Assembly: GCA_902765225.1 (NCBI GenBank)
Contig: CACWYV010000005.1
Coordinates: forward strand, 43,861-107,860
Length of the DNA: 64,000 nucleotides
Origin: Candidatus Avelusimicrobium intestinale
GTDB lineage: Bacteria > Elusimicrobiota > Elusimicrobia > Elusimicrobiales > Elusimicrobiaceae
Direction: 5' to 3'
Shown here: piece after piece, positions 28,876 through 39,344 of the stretch
How the letters are laid out: every line of letters starts with the position of its first letter
Numbering within the stretch: the stretch's first letter is position 1
The notes under the pieces: model-generated
Told to the model about the DNA's origin: nothing
The model's input: the letters and a program-made list of their open reading frames with translations, nothing else
The model's database searches: none
Translations under genes and position numbers: made by a program

Positions 28876-29838
28876 ATGAAGAAAACTATTTTGATTACCG
28901 GCGGTGGCGGATTTATCGGGCGAACCTTAACCGATAAACTCTTGCAGGAAGGTTTTAATGTACGGATTACGACCCGTAAAAAGACTTTCCAACAACCCGC
29001 TAATCCGGCTGTTGAGTTAGTACACGCCGACTACGATGATGTTAATTCCTTAAAAACCGCACTAAAGGGATGCCAGGGTGTATTTCATTTGGCGGCGGCG
29101 ATTTTCGGTTTTAACCGCAACGATTTTGAAACCGCTAATGTTATTCATACCCAGCGCGTGGTAGATGCCGTTAATCAAACCCCGCAAATTACTACTTTCG
29201 TGCATGTGTCCAGTTTAGCGGCCAGTGGGTTCGCTAAGGACATCAAACATCCCCGTACAGAAGAGATGACTCCAACGCCGGTGTCGGATTACGGTATTAC
29301 GAAGTTGGGGGGGGAACAGGCGGTGAAAACGCTGCGCAGCGGTGTTAAATGGACGATTCTCCGTCCGCCCATCGTGTACGGTAAGAATGATTCCGGGGTA
29401 TCCAAAATTGCACTTTGGGTGAAACGCGGACTCATGGTTAATACGTCGGGGAACGGGCTGTTTAGTTTTGTACATGTGGACGATTTGGTGGAGGCCTTGT
29501 GGCAAGCATACACGCGGCCGGATACAGTCGGGGAAACTTATTTCATAACAGAACCGGCCATGTACAGTTGGGATTATTTTATTACGGAAATGGCACATGC
29601 TATGCATTGTTCCAAGCCGTTTATGCCTTCGGCGCCTAAGTTTTTGATGCGTGGGGCAGCCTGGATTTATGAAGTAGCGGCCCGTATTTCCGGTGCGCAG
29701 CCGGCCCTCAATTATGATAAAGTAACGGAAGCAACGGTTCCCGGCCACTGGATTTGTTCCAATGCCAAATGGACGGCTCTGACCGGACAACCGTTTACGC
29801 CTTTGAAAGAGGGGTTGGCCAAGAGTTTTACGAAATAG
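28876..29838 (+). CDS. NAD-dependent epimerase/dehydratase
   Basis: ITGGGGFIG, VFHLAA, YGITK and LRPPIVYG motifs. Confidence 0.9.
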   Translation: MKKTILITGGGGFIGRTLTDKLLQEGFNVRITTRKKTFQQPANPAVELVHADYDDVNSLKTALKGCQGVFHLAAAIFGFNRNDFETANVIHTQRVVDAVNQTPQITTFVHVSSLAASGFAKDIKHPRTEEMTPTPVSDYGITKLGGEQAVKTLRSGVKWTILRPPIVYGKNDSGVSKIALWVKRGLMVNTSGNGLFSFVHVDDLVEALWQAYTRPDTVGETYFITEPAMYSWDYFITEMAHAMHCSKPFMPSAPKFLMRGAAWIYEVAARISGAQPALNYDKVTEATVPGHWICSNAKWTALTGQPFTPLKEGLAKSFTK

Positions 29839-29887
29839 CGCAGGACAGTAGAAATTTGATATAATATATCCGTCGTAGAGAGATTTT

Positions 29888-29982
<95 letters not shown>

Positions 29983-29984
29983 TT

Positions 29985-30011
29985 AAAAAGCACCTTTCGG
30001 GGTGCTTTTTT
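29985..30011 (+). terminator. Intrinsic terminator after tRNA-Ser
   Basis: aaaaagcacc-tttcgg-ggtgctttttt. Confidence 0.8.
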
Positions 30012-30028
30012 GCTGGCAGAGAGATGGA

Positions 30029-30195
30029 GCGAGGCAAACTGCTTTGCCTCGCGTCGGGATTTGAAGCCCGGAGCGATGTTTTTGTTTGAGGGCGAAAGCC
30101 CGAAAGGCAAAAACCGCGAGGGCGGGCCCGGGCGAAATTTCCGTTAGGAAATTTACGCAGGGCAAATGGCAAACTGCTTTGCCTCGCGTCGGGAT
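30029..30195. repeat. Structured GC-rich element bounded by 28-bp direct repeats
   Basis: ggcaaactgctttgcctcgcgtcgggat at 30033-30060 and 30168-30195; several hairpins in between. Confidence 0.75.
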
Positions 30196-30218
30196 GGGGG
30201 GATAAGATTTTTACGTAT

Positions 30219-30250
30219 AAAAATCCCCGGGATGGACTCCCGGGGATTTT
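30219..30250 (-). terminator. Intrinsic terminator of the LOG gene
   Basis: aaaatccccggga-tggac-tcccggggatttt. Confidence 0.8.
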
Positions 30251-30260
30251 ATGTGACAGA

Positions 30261-31076
30261 TTATTTAATTCCGTATTCGCCGGCGATAATTTCCCACGCT
30301 TCTTCGGCCGTGTCCACAATGGGGCAGGCTTTGGCGTCATCGTGTGAGATTACTCCGTAGTCGGCCAGGGCTTTGACGTTGACGACGGTGGTCCAAAATT
30401 CTTTGCCTACCAGCACGACCGGGATGCGTTGTTTTTTGCCCGTTTGAATGAGGGTCAGAATTTCAAATAGTTCATCAAACGTTCCAAATCCGCCGGGGAA
30501 AACGACCACTGCTTTGGCCCGCATCACAAAGTGAATTTTGCGGATTGCAAAATAGTGGAATAAAAACGCCATATTGGGGGAAATATAGGGGTTGGGGTGT
30601 TGCTCGTGTGGCAGGGTGATATTTAGCCCGATACTGCGCCCGTCTTTTTCAAACGCACCGCGGTTGGCGGCTTCCATCATACCCGGACCTCCTCCGGTTA
30701 CGACGGCAAAGCGTTCTCCGGCGTGTTCAACAACCAGTTGCCCAAAGCGCCGTGCTTGCTCGTAATACTTGGAAAGTTTCACCAGCCCTTCAGCCTCTTT
30801 TACTTGTTCTTGTAATTTTTTATCTTTCGGTTCCCGGGCCAGCTTGGCTTGGGCGGCAGCTAATTTTTTTTCAGCATCTTGCTTTTCGCCAATGCGCGCA
30901 CTACCAAAGCAGACGATGGTTTCTTCCACGTTAAGGTTTTTGAGGTACAATTCCGGTTTTAATACCTCCAATTCCATCCGCACAGGGCGCAAGATATCCT
31001 GTTTGAGTAATTGCAAGTCTTCATAAGCTTTCACATAAGAAGCATCGTGTTCAATTTGAACGGGATTTCTTTCCAT
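30261..31076 (-). CDS. LOG family (TIGR00730-like) nucleotide phosphoribohydrolase
   Basis: VCFGSAR, TGGGPGMMEAANRGA and VFPGGFGTFDELFE motifs. Confidence 0.9.
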   Translation of the reverse strand: MERNPVQIEHDASYVKAYEDLQLLKQDILRPVRMELEVLKPELYLKNLNVEETIVCFGSARIGEKQDAEKKLAAAQAKLAREPKDKKLQEQVKEAEGLVKLSKYYEQARRFGQLVVEHAGERFAVVTGGGPGMMEAANRGAFEKDGRSIGLNITLPHEQHPNPYISPNMAFLFHYFAIRKIHFVMRAKAVVVFPGGFGTFDELFEILTLIQTGKKQRIPVVLVGKEFWTTVVNVKALADYGVISHDDAKACPIVDTAEEAWEIIAGEYGIK

Positions 31077-32940
31077 AGGTATCTCCTTTACTTATCCAAG
31101 TGAAAATTTTGTCTGCCATATGTTGTGCATCCAAATCGTAATCGGCGTATAATAAAGCCGTTTTTCCGTGTTCTATAAATTGGTCGGGGTATCCCAGGCG
31201 TAGCAGTTTAAAAGACACCTGTTTGTCGGCCAAATATTCGGCCACGGCCGAGCCAAATCCTCCCGCCAGTGCATTATCTTCCACCGTAACCAGCGGGGTT
31301 TTGCGTTTAGCCAATTCATCCAGGATATCCGTATCCAACGGCTTAACAAAACGCATATTGACAACTCCGGCCTTGATGCCTTTTTCAGCCAGTAGTTCGG
31401 CGGCTTTTTCGGCAGGGTGGACACGGTTACCAATAGCCAAAATGGTGACGTCTTTGCCTTTTTTTAGCCAGGTTCCTTTGCCTACGGGAAAGGCCTTAGG
31501 TTTTGCATCCAGCGGAATATCGAATCCGGCCCCGCGCGGGTAGCGCAGCACAAATGGGGCTTTGGCCTCAAAGGCTGTTTTTAACAAGTGTTGCAGTTCA
31601 TTTTCGTCGGCCGGGGCGGCCACGATCAATTGCGGAATTTCACGCAAAAAACTCAAATCAAAAATTCCATGATGGGTCGGGCCGTCTTCTCCCACAATGC
31701 CGGCGCGGTCCAAGGCAAATACGACGGGTAAATTTTGCAGAGCCACGTCGTGCAAGATTTGGTCAAAGCAACGCTGTGCAAAAGTGGAGTAAAGCGCCAC
31801 AACGGGTTTTAAGCCGTTGGCAGCCAACCCGGCGGCAAATGTGGCCGCGTGTTCTTCGGCGATACCTACGTCAAAATAGCGGGCCGGGTATTTATCGCGG
31901 AAGGCATCCAATCCGGTCCCTTCCGGCATAGCGGCGGTGATGGCGTTGATTTTGTCGTCCTTGTCTGCCAGTTTAAGTAATGCTTTAGAAAACGCTTGCG
32001 TGAAGGAAATCGTATTGGATTTACCCAAACTGTCACCTGTTTCCACGTCAAAGAGCCCGACTCCGTGAAATTTGGTGGGGGATTCTTCGGCAGGTTTATA
32101 GCCCTTTCCTTTTTTAGTAACGACGTGCAACATTACGGGGCCTTTAACGCTTTTGACGTTTTCTAATACGTCAATCATGGCCTCAATGTCGTTTCCGTTG
32201 ACGGGGCCAAAGTAGCGAAAACCCATTTCTTCAAATAAGGTCCCCGGAAATAGAATGGAACGCGCGCGTTTGGCTAGTTTGGCCGCGTTGTTACCCAGTT
32301 CATCAAACCGTTTTAAAAAGTTGGTGGCTTTTTCTTCGGCCAGTTGGACGTATTTGGTGGTTAACAGTTTCGTTAACACTTTACCCAGAGCCCCAACCCG
32401 TTGGGAAATGAACATCTGGTTGTCGTTTAAAATAACGAGTAAATCCGTGCGCAACAAGCCGGCGTTTTGCATGGCTTCGTAGGCCATTCCACCCGTCATA
32501 CAGCCGTCACCCACAACGGCAATGACCCGGGCGGGAGATTTTTGTTGGTCGCGTGCGATGGCCATACCGAGCGCAGCCGAAATAGCCGTAGAGGCGTGAC
32601 CGACCCCAAAGGTATCGTACTCACTTTCGTAGCGTTTGGGAAATCCGCTTAGACCACCTTTGGTGCGGATTTTGTCAAAATCTTTTTGCCGCCCCGTTAA
32701 GAGTTTATGGGCATAGGCCTGGTGGCCGGTATCAAACACGATTTTATCCTCCGGCGTGTTGAATACGTAATGCAAGGCAGTAATAATTTCTACTGCTCCC
32801 AAACTGGAACCCAAGTGACCGCCGTTGTGGCTGGCTGTTTGGATAATTTGAGCGCGCAATTCTTCGCACAACGTAGGCAACAACTCTTTTTTTATGAGTC
32901 GTAAATCGCGGGGGGATTTGATACTGGGGAGAACGTTCAT
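31051..32940 (-). CDS. dxs: 1-deoxy-D-xylulose-5-phosphate synthase
   Basis: GGHLGSSLG, FDTGHQAYAHK, GDGCMTGGMAYEA, DVGIAEEHA and DGPTHHG motifs. Confidence 0.97.
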   Translation of the reverse strand: MNVLPSIKSPRDLRLIKKELLPTLCEELRAQIIQTASHNGGHLGSSLGAVEIITALHYVFNTPEDKIVFDTGHQAYAHKLLTGRQKDFDKIRTKGGLSGFPKRYESEYDTFGVGHASTAISAALGMAIARDQQKSPARVIAVVGDGCMTGGMAYEAMQNAGLLRTDLLVILNDNQMFISQRVGALGKVLTKLLTTKYVQLAEEKATNFLKRFDELGNNAAKLAKRARSILFPGTLFEEMGFRYFGPVNGNDIEAMIDVLENVKSVKGPVMLHVVTKKGKGYKPAEESPTKFHGVGLFDVETGDSLGKSNTISFTQAFSKALLKLADKDDKINAITAAMPEGTGLDAFRDKYPARYFDVGIAEEHAATFAAGLAANGLKPVVALYSTFAQRCFDQILHDVALQNLPVVFALDRAGIVGEDGPTHHGIFDLSFLREIPQLIVAAPADENELQHLLKTAFEAKAPFVLRYPRGAGFDIPLDAKPKAFPVGKGTWLKKGKDVTILAIGNRVHPAEKAAELLAEKGIKAGVVNMRFVKPLDTDILDELAKRKTPLVTVEDNALAGGFGSAVAEYLADKQVSFKLLRLGYPDQFIEHGKTALLYADYDLDAQHMADKIFTWISKGDTYGKKSRSN

Positions 32941-32949
32941 GGCAACTCC

Positions 32950-33960
32950 TTAATAGGTGCGTGTTTTAAAAAATTCCGCCATTTCGTATAGCGGCCATAA
33001 ATTTTTCTTGTGGGCGGTTTTCAGTCCGTTTAATGCTTTCTGGGCGTTGGCAATTAGCAACTGGGCGTGTTTGCGGCTTCCTTCCAGGCCGTACAATCTG
33101 ACGAACGTCAATTTACCGTTTTCGCTATCGCTGTTGGATTTACCCAACTGTTTGGCGGAAGCCGTAACGTCCAAAATATCATCCACAATTTGGAACACCA
33201 GGCCGATGCAGTTGGCGTAAGTGCGGATTTTGGTTAAATCGGCCCCTTTTACCCCGGCTAAAAGGGCCCCCGTTTCCACACTACCGCGGATAAGGGCTCC
33301 CGTTTTGTTGGCGTGAATGTAATTAAGGATAGTTTCGGGAGTAGTTTCTTTGACCGTGGCGGGTAACATGAAATAGTGTAGCGTCTTTTTGGCTAATGGT
33401 TTAGAAGAGGCACGTAGTTTGTCTGCCCGGAAGCTATGCGCTTCTTGCGTGCCCATGCCCTCGGCATATACGTCGGCCGTTTGGCCGCCTACCATGCCTG
33501 ACGCTCCCGTACAATGGGCAAAGTTGAGTAAGGCGTTCAAGGTATTTTCGGCTCCGATAGATTTTATTTTTCCGTTTTGGGCAAACACTTCAAATACATA
33601 GGTAAGAAGGGCATCTCCGGCAAGTAGGGCGAGGTCCTCTCCGAACACTTTGTGGTTTGTGGGCTTTCCGCGGCGTAGGGCATCGTTGTCCATACACGGC
33701 AAATCGTCGTGGATTAAAGAATAGGTGTGGAGCATTTCCGTCGCGCACGCCGCAGGCAGTACATCCGTGGCTTTTTTGCCAAATGCTTCGGCGGTGGCCA
33801 TGAGCAAAATAGGCCGCACGCGTTTTCCGCCCGCCTGCAGAGAATAATCCATTGCGTCCGTTAAAATTTTAGGTGCATTTGGAATCTTGGCTATGTATTT
33901 GGACAGATTTTTTTCTACCAATCTGGCCCGTTCTTGTAAGTATGTTTCAAATTTCGTCAT
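32950..33960 (-). CDS. ispA: Geranyltranstransferase / polyprenyl diphosphate synthase
   Basis: GGKRVRP, SLIHDDLPCMDNDALRRGKPT, KTGAL and FQIVDDILD motifs. Confidence 0.93.
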   Translation of the reverse strand: MTKFETYLQERARLVEKNLSKYIAKIPNAPKILTDAMDYSLQAGGKRVRPILLMATAEAFGKKATDVLPAACATEMLHTYSLIHDDLPCMDNDALRRGKPTNHKVFGEDLALLAGDALLTYVFEVFAQNGKIKSIGAENTLNALLNFAHCTGASGMVGGQTADVYAEGMGTQEAHSFRADKLRASSKPLAKKTLHYFMLPATVKETTPETILNYIHANKTGALIRGSVETGALLAGVKGADLTKIRTYANCIGLVFQIVDDILDVTASAKQLGKSNSDSENGKLTFVRLYGLEGSRKHAQLLIANAQKALNGLKTAHKKNLWPLYEMAEFFKTRTY

Positions 33961-34117
33961 AACTTCTCCCGGTAAGATATACCCTCATTATACCTTATAT
34001 GGGGGAAAAAAGGGAAAATTAAGGGTATGTGAAAAATCTTATTAGATGAGTGGTGATATATTTTGTAATTTTTTATTACAATCATTTTTTTACGTTTGAT
34101 TTTGCTATACTAATCTT

Positions 34118-35284
34118 ATGGTAAAGACAAACCGGCCGCATATCGGCATCTTTGGAAAAATGAACGCCGGGAAAAGTTCCCTCATTAATGCATTGTGCGG
34201 GCAGGACGCTGCTGTGGTGTCCGAGCAGCCTGGCACGACGACAGATCCTGTCAAAAAAACGATGGAAATTTTGGGAATCGGCCCGGTGGTGCTGATTGAT
34301 ACCGCGGGGATAGATGATACGTCCGCGTTGGGGATGCTGCGTATCCAGCGCACCTACGAGGCATTGGAACAGGTGGACCTGGCCATTATCGTTTTTACGG
34401 GTGAATTGGACAACACGGTTCAAAGTTTGATGGAATCGTGTGTAGCGCGCAAAGTGCCGTTTTTTCTCGTACACAACAAGGAAGATGTATCCCCCATGAA
34501 GACGGAAATACGCGGGGTTGACGTGCTCAAATTTTCCTGCCAACAACCCCATGTGGCGCAGTTGTTAGATAAAATTAAACAACATCTGCCCAAGAGTTCT
34601 TACATGTCCAATGTACTATTGGATGATCATGTGCGTCCCGGGGATGAGGTGTTGTTGGTTATCCCAGTGGATGCTTCCGCTCCCGAGGGGCGGCTCATAT
34701 TGCCGCAAGTACAGACGATTCGCAACTTGCTGGATATCGGGGCGGTGGCGGTGTGCCTGAAAGATACCGAGCTGCGTGAGTACTTGCAGACACATACCCC
34801 CAAATTAGTAATTACCGATTCACAAGTGTTTGAATACGTCAACGCTGTTGTTCCGCCGGAAATCGCACTGACGAGTTTTAGTATTTTATTTTCGCGCTTA
34901 AAAGGTGATTTTGAAGCGTATTTGCAAGGCACGCGTGCTATCAGCCGTTTGCAGGACGGCGATAAAGTGCTGATTATGGAATCGTGCTCCCACAGCGTCA
35001 ATAAATGCGATGATATCGGCCGGACGAAATTACCTCATTGGCTGGAAAAATTTACCGGTAAAAAATTATCGTTTACGGTGATCAGTGGCCTGGATGCGTT
35101 GCCGGACGATGTGCGCGCGTATAAGTTGGCTGTTCAATGCGGCGGATGTATGGTAACGCGCACACAAATCTTAAAGCGGTTAAATAAATTGACTGAGCAA
35201 GGCGTGCCCGTTTCCAACTACGGTCTGGCCATTGCCTACTGCAACGGTATATTTGACCGCGCTACCGAAATGTTCAAAAAATAA
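34118..35284 (+). CDS. hydF: [FeFe]-hydrogenase maturation GTPase
   Basis: GKMNAGKSS, GTTTDPV, LIDTAG, ESCSH and QCGGCM motifs. Confidence 0.95.
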   Translation: MVKTNRPHIGIFGKMNAGKSSLINALCGQDAAVVSEQPGTTTDPVKKTMEILGIGPVVLIDTAGIDDTSALGMLRIQRTYEALEQVDLAIIVFTGELDNTVQSLMESCVARKVPFFLVHNKEDVSPMKTEIRGVDVLKFSCQQPHVAQLLDKIKQHLPKSSYMSNVLLDDHVRPGDEVLLVIPVDASAPEGRLILPQVQTIRNLLDIGAVAVCLKDTELREYLQTHTPKLVITDSQVFEYVNAVVPPEIALTSFSILFSRLKGDFEAYLQGTRAISRLQDGDKVLIMESCSHSVNKCDDIGRTKLPHWLEKFTGKKLSFTVISGLDALPDDVRAYKLAVQCGGCMVTRTQILKRLNKLTEQGVPVSNYGLAIAYCNGIFDRATEMFKK

Positions 35285-35313
35285 TCTTTGGTTTTACTAT
35301 TTTAGAGGTTAAT

Positions 35314-36672
35314 TTACTTTGTAATCTCAAGGGTTTTCCACTTGCCCTGTAAGAACCGTGCCAACATCAGTAGCGCTGTCAGTCCGGCGTAGAATGTCAG
35401 CCAACTCCATACCCAAAACACGGATAAGTGCCATACATAAATAATCAGCCACGTTCCCGGCACCAGTAATCCCCACGCGCAGACAATCATCACATACATA
35501 TAGAATTTTGTATCACCCGCCCCGCGTAGCGCGTCCCCAAAAATTAAATATGTCGCATCCATTAACACAAAACAACTGACTAATTTTATAAGTGGCAAGG
35601 TGAGCGCGGTTACTTGCGCGGCGTTGGGCGTATCAGCAGGGATGAATAAATGTAAAAAGAAAGGAGCCCCGAAAAAGAATAAAATAGATATCGCCAACGC
35701 ATAACTGTATCCCAGTAAACATGCCTTTTTGACTACCTGCACGCTCAAATCGGGCCGTTTTAATCCTTGATATTTGCTGACCAGAATTTGAATGCCGCCA
35801 CCCAGTCCTAAAATAACCATGAATACCACCGGTTGCATGGACATGACGATATTGCTGGCTTGCAAGGAGAGCGTATCAATGTTTCCAATCATAAATGTGA
35901 ACAAAGTAAACGAAAGTACATCCATTAAAAAACCAAAACCGTTCGGTACTCCAAAGCGTACCATTTGCACAAAAATCGGCTTGTAGAATCCGGCCAACCG
36001 GGAAATTTTAAATGTGTAGCGGTTTTTGCGCGTGCCGATAAGTATACCAAAAATGAGCGTACTGCACGCAGAACTGATGACCGTAGCCCACGCCGCTCCG
36101 TGGATGCCCCAAGCCGGCAAGCCCAGTTTCCCGAAGATAAGCACATAATCCAGTGCGATATTTAGCCCGATGCCCGCCAAGGCTGTGTACATAGGGACTT
36201 TGGTATTTCCGCGTCCGCTGAAGAAACTTCCCAGGGCGTTATTGGTTACCGCAAACCCACCGAAAATATTTAAAATCGTAAAATACGATAGTTCCAATCT
36301 TTGTACCGGTGCCGCGTGGTTAAACGAAATAATTAACCACCGGCCCAGCGGGGTCAGCGCGGCCAAAATACCGGCGGAAATTAACGATAGCCAAATTCCT
36401 TGCCACAAAGAAAGTGTAACGGAAGCATTTTTTTTCTTGGCGTAAAATTGGGAGATAAAAACACTGGTGTATCCGGCTAATCCCATAAACAAACTGGCAA
36501 ATGTTAAAGCAAGTAGCCCCGCCGGAACACACGCCGCTAACGTCTCGGGTGAGTGCCACGCTAAAAACATGCGGTCCACAAATTGCATGACCATTTGCGC
36601 CCCCATTAACACAATTAACGGGTAGGATAAGGTCCATAATTCTGCTAAAGAGGCCGGTTTGTTGCGTTTCAT
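35314..36672 (-). CDS. MATE family efflux transporter
   Basis: About 12 TM helices; VDRMFLAW and LNIALDYVLIFGKLGLPAWGIHGAAWAT motifs. Confidence 0.9.
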   Translation of the reverse strand: MKRNKPASLAELWTLSYPLIVLMGAQMVMQFVDRMFLAWHSPETLAACVPAGLLALTFASLFMGLAGYTSVFISQFYAKKKNASVTLSLWQGIWLSLISAGILAALTPLGRWLIISFNHAAPVQRLELSYFTILNIFGGFAVTNNALGSFFSGRGNTKVPMYTALAGIGLNIALDYVLIFGKLGLPAWGIHGAAWATVISSACSTLIFGILIGTRKNRYTFKISRLAGFYKPIFVQMVRFGVPNGFGFLMDVLSFTLFTFMIGNIDTLSLQASNIVMSMQPVVFMVILGLGGGIQILVSKYQGLKRPDLSVQVVKKACLLGYSYALAISILFFFGAPFFLHLFIPADTPNAAQVTALTLPLIKLVSCFVLMDATYLIFGDALRGAGDTKFYMYVMIVCAWGLLVPGTWLIIYVWHLSVFWVWSWLTFYAGLTALLMLARFLQGKWKTLEITK

Positions 36673-36682
36673 TTTTTTCCAC

Positions 36683-36711
36683 AAAAAGGAGCCCCGTTAC
36701 CGGGGCTCCTT
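36683..36711 (-). terminator. Terminator after the cold-shock gene
   Basis: aaggagcccc-gttacc-ggggctcctt with a T-run on the minus strand. Confidence 0.8.
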
Positions 36712-36728
36712 ATAAAGTCTTTCAAAAC

Positions 36729-36932
36729 TTATAGTTTGACGACTTTTACGGCCTTCGGGCCTTTTTCAGATTCTACGACTTCAAATTCCACTTCTTGACC
36801 TTCGGCCAAGGTTTTGAAACCGTCGCCCTGAATTTCTTGATAGTGAACAAAGAGATCTTTAGAACCATCTTCGGGGGTTACGAAACCGTAACCTTTTTGA
36901 TCGTTAAACCACTTTACTTTTCCTTTAGGCAT
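36729..36932 (-). CDS. cspA: Cold-shock protein
   Basis: [15 protein letters not shown] and DLFVHY motifs. Confidence 0.97.
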   Translation of the reverse strand: MPKGKVKWFNDQKGYGFVTPEDGSKDLFVHYQEIQGDGFKTLAEGQEVEFEVVESEKGPKAVKVVKL

Positions 36933-37057
36933 GTTACTAATACTTCCTTACTCAATTAAATTAGGTAGCTCTTACTTCAACTACCTGTTACTATTATACA
37001 TAAATAACGGAAAAAAACACAACTCTTTTTTAAGATAAAAAAGGTTATAATACACTT

Positions 37058-38014
37058 ATGCAGATTGTGGAGGCCGTACCTAATATTTCGGAAGGGAAAA
37101 ATGCATCTATCGTAAACCGGGTGCGGGCCGCAGCCGAGGAAGCTGGGGTGCGGGTGTTACACTTGGATAGCAATGCAAATGCTAACCGTACTGTTTTAAC
37201 CTTGGCGGGTACACCGCCTGTCGTAACGGAGGGAGCTTTTCGTCTCATTCGTGCAGCTGCCGAATGGATTGATATGCGGTGGCAACATGGGGTACATCCG
37301 CGGTTAGGGGCTACGGACGTTTGTCCGTTAGTACCGGTGCGTGGAATTTCACTCGCAGAAACAGCGGATTGGGCGGACCGATTGGCTCGCCGTGTGGCGG
37401 AAGAACTGCACATCCCCGTCTATTTATATGAACAAAATGCGTGTAGGCCGTCGTGTGCGGATTTATCTTTTATCCGCCGGGGAGAATATGAACAGTTGGT
37501 GACCAAATTGCGCGCCCTTCCGCCGGATTACGGCCCGCAGGAATGGAATGAACACACGGCCCGGACGGGGGCAAGTGTGATTGGCGCTCGTCAATTTTTA
37601 ATTGCTTTTAATATGTCACTAGACACACGGGACGTCGTGATTGCCCGCCAGATCGCCGCCAAATTGCGCGAAAAAAACGGCGGATTAAAAGCTGTCAAAG
37701 CCATCGGATGGTATATGGCCGACTATGGCTGCGCGCAAGTGTCCTGTAATTTAACGGATTATACGCAAACCTCGTTGGCCGTATTGTTTGAAACGTGCCG
37801 CCGGGAGGCTGCTGCGCGCGGTACGCGGGTTACGGCCGGGGAGCTAATTGGGCTGATTCCACAGAAAGCTTTGGTAGAGGCCGGGAGATGGTATGCTCCG
37901 CAAGAAAAAGACGTTTCCGCTTTGATGCAGACCGCAGCGGAAAAATTGTTGTTGGATGGAATACGTCCGTTTCAAGTACGGGAACGGGTATTGGAATATG
38001 TACTGGGCCTGTAG
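37058..38014 (+). CDS. ftcD: Glutamate formimidoyltransferase (stand-alone domain)
   Basis: EAVPNISEG, NRTVLT, IDMRWQHGVHPRLGATDVCP, GARQFLIAFN and QVSCNLTDY motifs. Confidence 0.9.
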   Translation: MQIVEAVPNISEGKNASIVNRVRAAAEEAGVRVLHLDSNANANRTVLTLAGTPPVVTEGAFRLIRAAAEWIDMRWQHGVHPRLGATDVCPLVPVRGISLAETADWADRLARRVAEELHIPVYLYEQNACRPSCADLSFIRRGEYEQLVTKLRALPPDYGPQEWNEHTARTGASVIGARQFLIAFNMSLDTRDVVIARQIAAKLREKNGGLKAVKAIGWYMADYGCAQVSCNLTDYTQTSLAVLFETCRREAAARGTRVTAGELIGLIPQKALVEAGRWYAPQEKDVSALMQTAAEKLLLDGIRPFQVRERVLEYVLGL

Positions 38015-38065
38015 CGATTGAAAAAGATGTTTTTGCCGGTATAGAAAAGTGCTACAATAAAAACT

Positions 38066-39301
38066 ATGAAAGCAGCCATTATTACCATTGGAGATGAAAT
38101 TTTACTGGGGCAAATTTTGGATACCAATTCCCAATTCATCGCGCGGGAAATGACCCGGTTGGGTGCCGAAACCGTTGAAATGCGTTCGGTGGGTGATAGC
38201 CGCGCCGAAATTTTGAAAGCCCTTTCTGCTACCTTTCAAACGGCCGACACGGTTATCTTAACGGGTGGGCTGGGGCCTACAAAAGATGATATTACCAAAA
38301 GTGCCTTGGCGGAATTTTTTCACACGACGTTGGAATTTCACCCGCAAGCTTATGAATGGTTGACCGAAATGTTTGCGGCTGATCCGTCCCGTTTAAACGC
38401 CTGTAATAAAACCCAGGCTTTGTTACCCAAAACGTGTGTGCCGTTACGCAACCGGAAAGGAACGGCGTGCGGAATGTGGTTTGAACAGGGGAAAAAAGTG
38501 GTGGTTTCTTTGCCGGGCGTACCGTTTGAAACAGCGTATTTGCTCCCGGCGCAGGTCGTTCCGCGGTTGAAAGAAAAATTTACCGATTTAAAACTGGATT
38601 ACCGTGTATTTACGGTGTACGATATGCCCGAAGCTTCGTTGGCTATGTATCTGGAAGATTTTGAAAGCACGCTTTCAACGGATATCAAATTGGCGTATTT
38701 GCCGTCGGAAGGATTTGTGCGGCTCCGGTTGACGGCTAAGGGCTCCGCCGTGGAACAGCTGGATGAGTGTGCCCGCCGTTTGACCCAGGCCTTAAAAGGG
38801 GTATCTTTCCGGCCGGGAGAGGAAACGCCGGAAGATTTTTGCGGACGCCAATTGCGGGAAAGCGGAAAAACTTTTGCCTGTGCGGAAAGTTGCACGGGGG
38901 GACATATTGCCCATTTAATTACGGCTGTTGCCGGGGCTTCACGTTACTTTTTAGGGGGCGTAGTGGCCTACAGTAACGAAGTGAAAATAAACGTACTGGG
39001 CGTAAGTGCCGATGATTTAAGGACCTACGGAGCCGTCAGCGAGCCGGTGGCCTTGCAAATGGCGCAGGGCGTGCGGAAGTTGACAGGAGCCGATTATGCC
39101 GTAGCCACCACCGGGATTGCCGGCCCGGACGGAGGTACCGCCGACAAACCGGTGGGAACCGTCTGGATAGCGGTGGCCGGGCCGGGCGGGGCGGCGGCCC
39201 AAAAATTTCTATTTTCCTACACCCGTGAACGTACGATTGCCAAAGCATCCGTAACGGCACTGAGGTGGTTGGCCCGTTTAGCAGAGAAGCCGGCCGTTTA
39301 A
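38066..39301 (+). CDS. cinA: CinA family protein (MoCF-biosynth + PncC/NMN deamidase domains)
   Basis: IITIGDEILLGQILDTNS, GGLGPTKDDIT, AESCTGG, GAVSEPVA and TTGIAGPDGG motifs. Confidence 0.93.
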   Translation: MKAAIITIGDEILLGQILDTNSQFIAREMTRLGAETVEMRSVGDSRAEILKALSATFQTADTVILTGGLGPTKDDITKSALAEFFHTTLEFHPQAYEWLTEMFAADPSRLNACNKTQALLPKTCVPLRNRKGTACGMWFEQGKKVVVSLPGVPFETAYLLPAQVVPRLKEKFTDLKLDYRVFTVYDMPEASLAMYLEDFESTLSTDIKLAYLPSEGFVRLRLTAKGSAVEQLDECARRLTQALKGVSFRPGEETPEDFCGRQLRESGKTFACAESCTGGHIAHLITAVAGASRYFLGGVVAYSNEVKINVLGVSADDLRTYGAVSEPVALQMAQGVRKLTGADYAVATTGIAGPDGGTADKPVGTVWIAVAGPGGAAAQKFLFSYTRERTIAKASVTALRWLARLAEKPAV

Positions 39302-39344
39302 ATCCCTTTTCCGCATAGCCGCCAAATATAATATAATAGAATAT

